Source: Candidatus Nomurabacteria bacterium
Lineage (GTDB): Bacteria; Patescibacteriota; Minisyncoccia; Phycocordibacterales; UBA9973
Length of the DNA: 51,604 bases
Direction of reading: 5' to 3'
NCBI GenBank assembly: GCA_023267435.1
Contig: JAHFNH010000005.1
Location: 1-51,604, forward strand
The notes beneath the pieces were generated by a model. It saw only the letters and a list, made by a program, of their open reading frames with translations. It did not search any database and was not told where the DNA came from. Position numbers and translations under genes: made by a program. Shown here in pieces: positions 7,327 to 17,300 of the stretch (positions within the stretch are counted from its first letter, which is position 1; each line of letters starts with the position of its first letter).

Positions 7327-8052
7327 ATGAAACAAAAAATATCTTATCTTATCGCAGCTGTACTCGTATTATCAGGTTTTGCTTTTTTTAGTCTAGCTAA
7401 AGCTGACAACAACAGCAATGACAATATGGGTCATGCTAAAGAAGTTCGTAACACAGGTTCTTCTTTAGAAGTTCATTTTTATGATAATGGTAGTGTTCTA
7501 GTACGAGGTGCTAAAGTTACAGCAATTTCAGGAAATGTTGTAAATGCTTCTATGTCTTGGGGATCATCTGTTTTAAATTGGACAGTCAATCTTAGTGCTA
7601 GTTCAAAAGTTGTTAGAAAATTCGGTGGAGTAGCTTCTGTTTCGGAAATTGCTGTCGGAGACATTCTTAGTTTCCAAGGAAATTTAGATACGACAAATAC
7701 TTCTCCTTTTACTGTAAATGCTAGTACAGTAAAAAATTGGTCCATTCAGAAAAAAATGGCTTCTTTTAATGGCACAGTCAAGAGTGTTGATTCTACTGGT
7801 ATGAAATTTGTTTTAACATCTGGAAATAGAGGAGATGTTACAGTGGTGGTAGCAAGCTCAACTCAGTTCAAAAAAGAAGAAGGCAATAGTACAGCATTAA
7901 CATTTGCTAATATTATTGTCGGTGCTCAGGTTACAGCTCGAGGAGTTTTGGATACAGTTTCTAATCAGCTTACCGCTAATGATATTAGAATAAAACAATC
8001 TAATTCTGGCGGTGATTCAAATTCTAATCAAGGAAACGACAACAATCACTAG
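7327..8052 (+). CDS. secreted hypothetical protein (two repeated beta-rich modules, N/S/G-rich tail)
   Basis: Signal peptide MKQKISYLIAAVLVLSGFAFFSLAKA. Internal repeat VRGAKVTAISGN.. / VTARGVLDTVSN... Confidence 0.75.
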   Translation: MKQKISYLIAAVLVLSGFAFFSLAKADNNSNDNMGHAKEVRNTGSSLEVHFYDNGSVLVRGAKVTAISGNVVNASMSWGSSVLNWTVNLSASSKVVRKFGGVASVSEIAVGDILSFQGNLDTTNTSPFTVNASTVKNWSIQKKMASFNGTVKSVDSTGMKFVLTSGNRGDVTVVVASSTQFKKEEGNSTALTFANIIVGAQVTARGVLDTVSNQLTANDIRIKQSNSGGDSNSNQGNDNNH

Positions 8053-8059
8053 TTTATTT

Positions 8060-8665
8060 TTAGGAAAAATAAAAAGCCACGATCCTTTTTGGATTGTGGC
8101 TTTTTGATAATGTGAACGATTTTGTTTTCTTTGTAAAAGTTAATTTCAGGCCGAGCATTATGTTGCAGTTTGTGCTCGCATCTTTGTAAACATTTTCTCC
8201 TTGCGTTAGCACACCAGCTAGTCCTTCTACTTTTACAAAACCAGTGAGAGTAGAATGATCAGATAACCTTAAACTTTCACCAATTTGTAAAAAGACTCCA
8301 AAAAAATATGGATATTCCAAGAGATTGTAAAGTTCTTGGTCGCTTTTTTTTGACATGCCCAGTCCGGCAATAACACCAGCAGCTGGATCAACCAACCATT
8401 TGGTTTTTTTAGGTTCAGGTTCGCGGAAACAATATTGGAACGACATCGTTCTAAGCGTGGTTGATTTGTTAACTTCAGAAAAGATGTTCCATATTTCATT
8501 GTTTTTAAACTGCAAGCCAATGGTATTAGTGTTATTGGGTAAGTCATAAGAAACACCCACTCCTTCTCCAATTTTATGTTTATTTAAAAAGGAAAAAGTT
8601 GTAATGCTAATTTGTCCAAAGGACGCGGTTGCAATAAAGATTGCAAAAAGAGCTAGCTTCTTCAT
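8060..8665 (-). CDS. secreted beta-rich protein, possibly beta-barrel-like
   Basis: Signal peptide MKKLALFAIFIATASFGQ. Alternating hydrophobic pattern. An LGLKLTF motif lies 24 aa before the stop codon. Confidence 0.6.
   Translation of the reverse strand: MKKLALFAIFIATASFGQISITTFSFLNKHKIGEGVGVSYDLPNNTNTIGLQFKNNEIWNIFSEVNKSTTLRTMSFQYCFREPEPKKTKWLVDPAAGVIAGLGMSKKSDQELYNLLEYPYFFGVFLQIGESLRLSDHSTLTGFVKVEGLAGVLTQGENVYKDASTNCNIMLGLKLTFTKKTKSFTLSKSHNPKRIVAFYFS
8071..8106. terminator. bidirectional intrinsic terminator
   Basis: agccacgatcc/ggattgtggct stem (8075-8101) with an A-run before and a T-run after. It sits inside the last 15 codons of the minus-strand ORF 8060-8665. Confidence 0.75.
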
Positions 8666-8736
8666 AGTGTCTTAAGTTTTTAAGGTTCAATTATATAGGG
8701 TTTCAGGTCGGAAAGATGTTCAGTAATTCTCTAGCT

Positions 8737-8765
8737 ATCATACAATATATTGATTGACAAGTCAA
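8737..8765 (-). promoter_or_regulatory. minus-strand promoter TTGACT-N17-TATGAT
   Basis: Reverse complement of 8760-8765 is TTGACT and of 8737-8742 is TATGAT. It contains the same 18-mer as the element at 4509-4526. Confidence 0.6.
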
Positions 8766-8792
8766 CATAGAAATTAACTTAATGCAATAAAT

Positions 8793-9611
8793 CTAGAACG
8801 AACTTAATTTCTTATATTCGTCAGCTTCTTTGTAAACGCCACCTAGATTTGTCAGACGGGCAAATGCTAAAAAGATGAAAGATAAAGCACCGTAAAATAG
8901 GAAATGGCTGATATACACTATTTGAAGCATAGGCATTCCTGTTTTTTGGAGAACATCATAAAATACATACTGGAGTGCTGACAAAGCTATCAAAATAAAA
9001 GAGGCAATAAAGTAATCCACAAAGCCGGACATAATAGGCACTTCACGCTTAATTTTGGACAAATAATTTATGCTGAAAAAAAGAGTGACCAAAACTATTG
9101 CTCCATAGACATAGACGATAGCTTCATTGGGTTCGAGAGAGACAGATATTTTTTTTAAGAAGATAGACAAGGTCAGAAAAAAGAACGCGACGATTCCGGT
9201 GATTAAAACACTGATTGTTGTGATAGGATTTCTTTTCAAGGCGTGAATAAAATATTCAGCGCCGACGGTGACCACGAGCATGCTTATTACATAAAAATTT
9301 ACGACATTTATAAAAATCGCATCTTCATATGTCTTGAATACCACGTATCCTAAAAACTCAACGATATGAGATAAAGATAAAATTACCAGAGCGACGGATC
9401 CTCCTATGATTAACAATTTGAGAAAACGATCATAAACATCATAATGGACAAAAATTCTTGAGATCGCCAAAACTACAAACAAAATAGCTATCAGATGTAT
9501 TATTCCGGTCTCTTGAAAAAAACTCCCGCTTAATTCTGTGGCAATAATAATAAGCACATTTAATGATAAAAGGACCCAAGGGTTTAAAATCTTCTCAAGC
9601 TTTATTTTCAT
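8793..9611 (-). CDS. polytopic integral membrane protein (about 8 TM helices)
   Basis: 272-aa ORF that is almost entirely hydrophobic helices. Confidence 0.8.
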   Translation of the reverse strand: MKIKLEKILNPWVLLSLNVLIIIATELSGSFFQETGIIHLIAILFVVLAISRIFVHYDVYDRFLKLLIIGGSVALVILSLSHIVEFLGYVVFKTYEDAIFINVVNFYVISMLVVTVGAEYFIHALKRNPITTISVLITGIVAFFFLTLSIFLKKISVSLEPNEAIVYVYGAIVLVTLFFSINYLSKIKREVPIMSGFVDYFIASFILIALSALQYVFYDVLQKTGMPMLQIVYISHFLFYGALSFIFLAFARLTNLGGVYKEADEYKKLSSF

Positions 9612-9617
9612 AAGTAA

Positions 9618-9626
9618 ATTATAACA
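9618..9626 (-). promoter_or_regulatory. extended -10 (TGTTATAAT), leaderless spacing
   Basis: Reverse complement of 9618-9626 is TGTTATAAT. ATG at 9611 starts 6 nt downstream. Confidence 0.55.
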
Positions 9627-9666
9627 AAGATTTTATTTTCCACTAGCGTAAAAATAAAAGAGTTAG

Positions 9667-9672
9667 TATAAT
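9667..9672 (+). promoter_or_regulatory. -10 box TATAAT, leaderless spacing
   Basis: TATAAT at 9667-9672. ATG 9679 starts 6 nt downstream. Confidence 0.5.
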
Positions 9673-9678
9673 AATGGA

Positions 9679-10200
9679 ATGGAAGATTTTGAACAATTAG
9701 AAAATAAAGAAGAGTTTAGAAGAATGCTTTTTATTATTGGCGGGATCGTTCTCGTTTGTGTGATTGTTACAGCTTTTTTATTGTTTAGAAAAACATCAAA
9801 AGTTGCTGTTAGTCCTGATGCATCAAACACTGTTGCTTCATCGACAACTTCTGCTAAACCAAAACCTCTTTTTTCTCCAGACCTTTCAACTTGGAAAAAT
9901 TATTACTGGCCTGGAAAAATCAATACGCACTATCCGAGTGATTGGCAGTTGAAAGAAGATACAAATAAAGATGGATTGATTGTAGGGTTGGAAATAACAC
10001 CACCGACGGGCATTGCAGACGACATGATTTTTATCGGCGGAGATTCAGCTAAATGCTCTAGCGTTTTAAAGTATTCAAAAAATGAATGTTTGAAAAATAA
10101 AATTCAAGTGCCTTTTTACACCAACAGCAAGAACGCAGAAGTTTCAACTGCTCTTGATTTGATTTTTCAAAACACAATCCTAACTGAAGGACAAAAATAA
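9679..10200 (+). CDS. membrane-anchored hypothetical protein
   Basis: 173-aa ORF with a single TM helix (MLFIIGGIVLVCVIVTAFLLF) and an extracytoplasmic domain. Confidence 0.75.
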   Translation: MEDFEQLENKEEFRRMLFIIGGIVLVCVIVTAFLLFRKTSKVAVSPDASNTVASSTTSAKPKPLFSPDLSTWKNYYWPGKINTHYPSDWQLKEDTNKDGLIVGLEITPPTGIADDMIFIGGDSAKCSSVLKYSKNECLKNKIQVPFYTNSKNAEVSTALDLIFQNTILTEGQK

Positions 10201-10453
10201 TAAGTTGATTTTTTATAAAAAAGTGTATTGTTAAGAGCAGTATGTTCTTTCTAGTATTAAAACACCAACTGCTTCGGACGATCATTGGTTAGAAGTATGT
10301 GACCAACAATTTTTTCATTTTGTTAGTAATTAAGTTTTCAGGTCTAAATTTTAAAAACAAGTTTTTTTCGGTTATTAAATTATTTAGTTTTATTTTTTTG
10401 TTTTAAAATTTATTGGTAGTTATTTAACACTTTTAATACTAACGAGAACAAAG

Positions 10454-10486
10454 ACCCAGTTCGACATTCGGCTGGGTTTTTTATTT
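10454..10486 (+). terminator. intrinsic terminator about 250 nt downstream of the preceding stop codon
   Basis: acccag..ctgggt stem with an inner cga/tcg pairing, followed by ttttttatttttt. Confidence 0.65.
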
Positions 10487-10560
10487 TTTAGGATAGAAAT
10501 TGGATTATTTTTTAAATATAAAGTATAATGAACTTATCTTATTAATAATTTTTAAAATAT

Positions 10561-10686
10561 ATGGCAAAAAGAAGCACAACACTTAGTCCAAAAAATAAAT
10601 CAAGACATTCCCACAAAACCAAGAAGCGACTTGCAACCAAGAAACTTACTCTTGCGAAAAAAGCTACCAAGAAGAGATTTAAATAA
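10561..10686 (+). CDS. unannotated small, very basic protein (41 aa)
   Basis: ATG..TAA ORF, hand-translated as MAKRSTTLSPKNKSRHSHKTKKRLATKKLTLAKKATKKRFK. TATAAT at 10524-10529 lies upstream and a strong terminator follows immediately. It is below the ORF-track length cut-off. Confidence 0.5.
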   Translation: MAKRSTTLSPKNKSRHSHKTKKRLATKKLTLAKKATKKRFK

Positions 10687-10695
10687 AAGTTAAGT

Positions 10696-10727
10696 AAAAA
10701 AGCCCTGATGTTTATCAGGGCTTTTTT
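10696..10727. terminator. bidirectional intrinsic terminator
   Basis: agccctgat/atcagggct 9-bp stem flanked by an A-run and a T-run. Confidence 0.8.
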
Positions 10728-10732
10728 GAATT

Positions 10733-11086
10733 TCAGTCTATTTTCCTTTTGGAAAAGAGAATCCACAATGCTTCTAAAATATAAACAAATGCTCCAAATG
10801 AAAGAATTAAACCCATGACATAAAACCATTTCTCCGCTTTTATGGGATGATTTTGTTCAATTCCACTAGACACTTTTTCTAAAATAACTTTTGTGTCTAT
10901 ATGTGAACTGAAAGTGAAGCATGTCATAGCCATGGCTGAAAAGACAAAAATAATTCCAAGTTTTGAAATTAAAGATGTGACTTTAACATTCATTTTGGGA
11001 TGAAATTTTTGTCCGTAATTCATCATGACTATTCCTGAGCAAAAAAGTGCAGCTGAAACAATGAGTAAGCAAATTTTTAGTACCAT
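10733..11086 (-). CDS. small membrane protein (4 TM helices)
   Basis: 117-aa hydrophobic ORF. Promoter at 11163-11191. Confidence 0.7.
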   Translation of the reverse strand: MVLKICLLIVSAALFCSGIVMMNYGQKFHPKMNVKVTSLISKLGIIFVFSAMAMTCFTFSSHIDTKVILEKVSSGIEQNHPIKAEKWFYVMGLILSFGAFVYILEALWILFSKRKID

Positions 11087-11162
11087 TTTTTATTTTTTTA
11101 AAGATTAAATATTAAGTCGTATTTTCATTTTTTAAAATTTAAATCTCAACAAATCTATTTTG

Positions 11163-11191
11163 ATAATATCAAAATAACTAGCTTTTGTCAA
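11163..11191 (-). promoter_or_regulatory. minus-strand promoter TTGACA-N17-TATTAT
   Basis: Reverse complement of 11186-11191 is TTGACA and of 11163-11168 is TATTAT. Confidence 0.55.
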
Positions 11192-11286
11192 ATTAATTTA
11201 TTATTATTTTTAATAAAAAAGAAAAGGGAAGTGTCGTGTGAGTTATCCACTTTCTGTATATAAATATTACTTTTCTTTGCATTATT

Positions 11287-11295
11287 TGGTATAAT
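11287..11295 (+). promoter_or_regulatory. extended -10 (TGgTATAAT) of the giant gene
   Basis: TGGTATAAT at 11287-11295. GTG 11302 is 6 nt downstream and ATG 11320 is 24 nt downstream. Confidence 0.55.
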
Positions 11296-11301
11296 TTAAT
11301 T

Positions 11302-14300
11302 GTGTACTCTACAAAATATATGAAAAAAATATTTCCGTATATTTTCAGCATATTTATTTTTTCCCTAAGTTTTTTTAATGGGTCGTCTTTTCTCTTGGCT
11401 GCTTATCCAGCGACCCCTTACGCTCCGGGTGAAACCTTGGCTCCGACTTGTGCGCCGGGAAGTTCTAATTGTACTGTTGATGCGCCTATTACTTCTTTAA
11501 ATGGCTTAACTGGTCTATCTCAAACATTTGCTATCGGTACTTCCGGTACTGATTTTAATATTGATTCTACAGGAACCATTCATACTTTTAATATTCCTGA
11601 TTCTTCTGCGACAAACAGGGGACTTTTAACCTCATCTGATTGGACAAATTTCAATAGCAAACTAGCTGCTGCTAGTAATTTGGCTGATCTGACTAGCGTA
11701 GTGGCAGCGAGAGGAAATCTTGGTTTGGGAAATGTTGAAGACACTGCGCTTTCTACTTGGGCAGGATCAACAGTTTTGACGACATTAGGTGCGATAATTA
11801 CTACAGATGCAAATGCATTAAAGATTTCTCCCAATGGAGTTCTTGCCGGAAATACTGGAGAGTTACGTTTTAATGAACTCGCAGCAAATGGCACAAACTA
11901 TACCGGCTTCAAGGCTCCGGATTCGCTGGCGGCAAATGTGATTTATACTTTGCCATCAGCTGATGGTACTGGTGGACAAGTTTTAAAAACAAATGGAACA
12001 GGTGGTTTAAGTTTTGGTGATTTGAGTACTGATAATTTAATTTATCCAAATATAAATAACGCAGAAGGGTTCACTCATATATTTAGTGACGTAGCTTCTT
12101 CTGGTTGGATTTCTGGTGGTGAAATAACGGATGTTGGTGGCGGAGATGTGGATGTCGCTGCAGGAGAAGGCTTGATTCGATCTTTAAATGATCCTGAAGC
12201 TCAACTCTTGTATATTTCTTGGCCAGTAGCTACAAGTTTAAATGTCCCTTTAAATACTACTAGATATTTTGTCGTCAATTATAATGCCGGAAGCCCAGTT
12301 GTTAATATTTTAACTTCAGAACCATCGGATTTACAAACAAATATATTTTTAGGAGAAGTTCATAATGTTGGCGGAGTTCTCGATGTTCATAGCGCTCCTA
12401 GAGCAATTAATGATTTTGCAAAAAGAATGACGGATTGGTCTTCTGATATTATTGGTAATAGAGTTGCTTCCGGTGAAGTTGTTACAGATCCAACTTTCCC
12501 ATCTAGAAAAATTGCGGTTTCATCTGGAGTTGTCTGGACAAAAAATTTAAGTAACATAACCACACCAGCTTTTAATTCTAACGCTAGTGATACTTTTGTA
12601 AATTATTACAGAGATAGTTTTGGTGGATGGATTAGAGAAACAGGTCAGACTGATTGGGAAAATACAAAATGGGATAATAATTCTGGAACACTTCAGACAA
12701 TGACTCCTGGGTACTATGCCAATAGATGGGTAGTAAGAGGTATTAATGGACAGATTTCCATACTTTATGGACAAGCAGAATATTCTACACAACTTGCAGC
12801 ACAAAATGAATCTGCTCCAACTCAAAGACCAGAAGAATTTAACGAAGATGGTTATTATATTAGTCAGTTGGTTTTCCAGAAAAGTGCCGCTTCTTCTGAT
12901 TTAACAATTTCAATTAAGCCCATAATCGGTGGCATAGCTGGTACTAGTGGATCAAGTAATCACAATGATTTGGGTGGTTTGCAAGGCGGGACAGTAAACG
13001 AATATTATCATCTTACTGCAGCTGAACACGTAATTGCAACACAAGTGGCAACAGCTCTTCAGAGTGGATATTTATCTTCATCTGACTGGACGACATTTAA
13101 TAATAAAGCCGGTAGTGGAGCCAATAATGATATCACAAGTTTGTCTGGACTTACTACTGCTTTGTCTGTTGGTCAGGGAGGTACCGGAGCTACAACTGCC
13201 AATGGAGCATTTAATAATTTAATACCTTCTCAAGCAACAAATTCTGGTAAGTTCCTTACAACTAATGGCACGAATACGAGTTGGGCAACAGCCGTAACAT
13301 CTGAATCTGATCCACTGGCATTAAAAATTTCAAATAATTTATCGGACATTCTCAGCGCTTCTAGTGCTAGAGCAAATCTTAGTGCGGCAGCTAGTGGAGC
13401 TAATACTGATATCACATCACTTAATCCTGCTGGAGCACTTACTGTTGATTCAACAGCAGCGCTTAATTTAGGTACGACAAATGCTACCTCGGTTTCTATT
13501 GGTAATTCTAGTACAACTACAACAGTAAATGGGTCACTAGCAGTTTCTAAGTATATTGATTTTACCCCTACAATTGAACCTTCATATATGGAAGGAAGAG
13601 TTTATTATGATAGTAATGATCACGCTCTTTCTTTTGACACAGACATAAATGGTACCGATATGTCTATTGGTCAGACTGTTATGGCTCGTGTAAAAAATAT
13701 TACCGGAGCAACAATTTTAAAAGGAAAGGTTGTTTATGTTAGTGGTAGTGATGGAGCTGGATTTTCAACGATTGCATTGGCAAAGGCAGACAGCTTTTCT
13801 ACTTCTCAGGTTATTGGAATTGTGGTAACTGATATCACTACTGGATCTTATGGTTATGTGACATTTATTGGTCATGTGCATGATCTAGACACCTCAGCAT
13901 TTTCGGCTGGAGATATTGTTTATCTATCATCAACTACCGCAGGTGGATTGACAACAATTAAACCGTTTTCTCCAAATTACTCAATGCCAGTGGGTATTGT
14001 TCAAATATCAAATGCAATAACAGGTATTATTGAAGCTCATACAACTTCAGTTACTGTTGGAGCATTTACTACAGGTTCAGTAGCATTTGGAAATACAGAT
14101 GGGTTTACAACTCAGGATAATACAAACTTTTTTTGGAATAATACGACCAAGCGTTTAGGTATCGGAGATAATACTCCCTCTAAGACTTTTACCATTGGTA
14201 ATGGTACACCTGGTAGCAATATGTTTGGTGTAGATGGTTCAACTGGTGATGTTGCAACACAAGGAAATATTAATGCAGTGGGTAATATTACATTAACTAC

Positions 14301-17300
14301 TGGAGGTGGCAGTGTTAGCGCTACTGGTGGCGGACTTGCACTTTCTGGTGCAGGCGCTTCTAGCTTGACGACAAGTAGTGGAGGTTTGACTTTGACTGGC
14401 GCAGCTGCTTCAGCCTTGTCGACAACTTCTGGAGCTTTGACTCTTACATCTGCTTCAGGTGCGACATGGGGAACAAGTACAGGGAATCTTTTATTGCAGG
14501 CAGCAAGTGCGGGTGCAGCTAGTGTGATAATCGGTTCTGGTGCAGGCTCTGCTACACCTGATACATTAGTTTTAGATATAAAGAATGATAATGCCACTGA
14601 TCCATCTGGTAGTGCTGGAGCGATGTACTACAATTCTAGTTCTAATAAATTTAGATGTTATGAGAATGGAATTTGGATAGATTGTATTTCTATTGATAAC
14701 GACACCCTTTCATCTTTATTGGCGGCAGCTAGTGGTAGTACTATAAACAACGGTGATAATGCTCAGAATTGGAATTGGGCATTGACGACAGCTGATAAAG
14801 CAGGACTTAACTTTGGAGAAAATACTCCTTCGACTGCTACCGGTTTGTCTGCGGTGCTTAAAGCTTCAACTTTGGTTACATCGACAGCAATGCCACTTTA
14901 TGTTTCAAATCTTGGCGATGGAAATAGTTTCAGAGTTGATGATGAACCAAGTGATATGACTCCGTTTCTTATCGACAAAGATGGCAATGTGGCAATCGGT
15001 GCAGATTCGTTTGATCCGACAAATCCAGAACGTTTGAAAGTTGTGATGCCTTCCGGTAGTACTTCATTTAATGTTATTAGTGGTGAAGGAGATGTAAATA
15101 ATTATCTTCAATTAAATATACATAATGCTAATGCTGGAGACACTGCTTCTTCTGATTTAGTTGCTACCTCTGATCTTGGTAATGAAAATGTCGGATATAT
15201 TGATCTCGGTATTAATTCTTCCAATTACAATGTTCCGGCCCTTTCGATTGTCGGACCAAATGATACATATTTATATGCTAGTGGAGGATTGGCGTCTGGT
15301 GGAAATTTGGCTATTGGAACTGCTGACACTGGAACTGCGCTTAAGTTTCATACTGGTGGTACAACTTCAGCCGATGAAAGAATGAGAATTACAGACGATG
15401 GATTAGGTAATCCGTTAGTGGGGATTGGCACGACAGCTCCAGGATCTGCTCTTGATGTAAAAGGTGAACTTAGATTATCCGGTTCAACTTCTGGTTTTGT
15501 CGGTTTTACTACGAATGTAGCAGCTGGTTCTACGACTTATACACTTCCAAATACTGATGGTGGGATCGGTGATGCTTTAACTACAAATGGTGCAGGAGTT
15601 TTATCTTGGGTCCAGCCGACGGGTGTATGGCAGAGAGTGGCCACAACTGTTTCTCCAACAACTGCGGGGGACAATATTACAACTTCTGGAAATATTTATA
15701 CCAGTGGAACAGGGGCAGTTACTTCAGCTGGATTATTGACAGCAAATGCTGGACTAGCTGTGACTGGTGCTGATGTTAATTTAAATGCAAGTAGCAATAA
15801 TAATACAAATATAAATACAGGTACATCGACTGGTTCAATCAGTATTGGAAATAATTCTGCTGGTGCTATTGGTATTACAAGTGGAACAGGACTTACTTTG
15901 ATCGGCGGTGCAGCATCTAGTTTCTCAACTACGGCTGGTTCCATTACTTTCCAACCAGCTGGCACTGGCATATCTTCAGCTGTTCAAATTGGCACATCAA
16001 CTGCCAAGGCGACTCCCGATATGCTCGTACTTGATGCTGGAAATACTGATCCAGTTTCTGGAACTATTGGTGGAATGTATTACAACACTGTCAGCAATAA
16101 ATATCGCTGTTATATAGGAGCTTCTTGGGCCAACTGTGCTGACAATGGAAGCGGTTTAGATTTGCAAAATGTTTATGGTAATGGTTCATCTATCTCTACT
16201 TCTGGTACGGATATAGCTCTAACTCTAAATACAACTGATCAATTTACTGTCACTGGCGCTGGCGCAGTAAATCTAACTCCAACATCTGCATCTTCATTCA
16301 CTTCTGCTGGCGCTCTTACTTTCACTGCCGGCGCAGCTTCAGATTGGGGAACATCAAATGGTGATTTAGTTTTACATGCAAATGGTTCAGCGACCGGTGG
16401 TGTTCATATTGGTTCCGATGGTGTTCCTTCAGCTACGCCAGATTTGCTTTCTTTGGATATTAAGAGTCTAGCCAGTGGAGTATCAGATCCAGCTGGAGAT
16501 AATGGTGACATGTATTTCAATGAGGCCTTAAGTTCTTTCCGTTGTTATGAGGGTAGCGGTTGGCAAGATTGCGGTGCGTCAGTCGCTAGTGCGACAACTT
16601 TGCAACAAGCATATACAAGCAATCCAACCATTACAACCGCTTCGTCTACTAATCTTGCTTTAATTCTTTCTTCTGGAAATTTCACAGCGTCTGGTACAGG
16701 ATCAGTGCTTCTGACACCAACTGGTGCATCTTCATTCACTTCTGCCGGCGCTCTTACTTTCACTGCCGGTGCAGCTTCAACCTGGTCCACTTCTTCCGGA
16801 GCTTTAACTCTTGATTCAGCAGCTGCGCTTAATTTCGGTACTACAAATGCTACTAGTGTGTCGATAGGAAAGACAGGTGTGACAACAACAAACAACGGTT
16901 CTTTAACTTCAACTCAAACTTTGACAGCATCGAATGGTTTAACACAAACAACTGGCGCCTTAAACTTAACTGCAACATCTGGTGCGTTAAACTTGTCCGG
17001 TTTAGGTGTGAGTGTTATCGATACAGGTGCGAATAGTTTATCTTTGGTTGGCGGTCCGATTAATCTAAATTCAACTGGTACTGGTTCCACAAATATCGGC
17101 AATCTTACTGGTTCTGTAAATCTTACTGGTTCTGTAAATCTTACTGGTTCTGTAAATCTTACTGGTTTAACTGCTTCTAAGGCAGTATTTACTGATGCTT
17201 CTAAAAATCTAACTTCAACCGGTACTGTTGCCATCGCTCAAGGTGGTACAGGACAGACTACTGCTTCGAGTTCATTTAATGCTTTGTCGCCAGTGACAGC

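Noticed and set aside
10542-10829. 95-aa minus-strand ORF.
   Set aside because: It overlaps the neighbouring 117-aa membrane-protein ORF in another frame. It spans a strong terminator hairpin and is antisense to the promoter-and-terminator-bracketed 41-aa ORF.
17101-17167. Tandem repeats here, and at 6883-6936 and 22741-22878, considered as a possible CRISPR array.
   Set aside because: The units are contiguous with no spacers, are only 6-69 bp long, lie in frame inside ORFs, and no cas genes are present.
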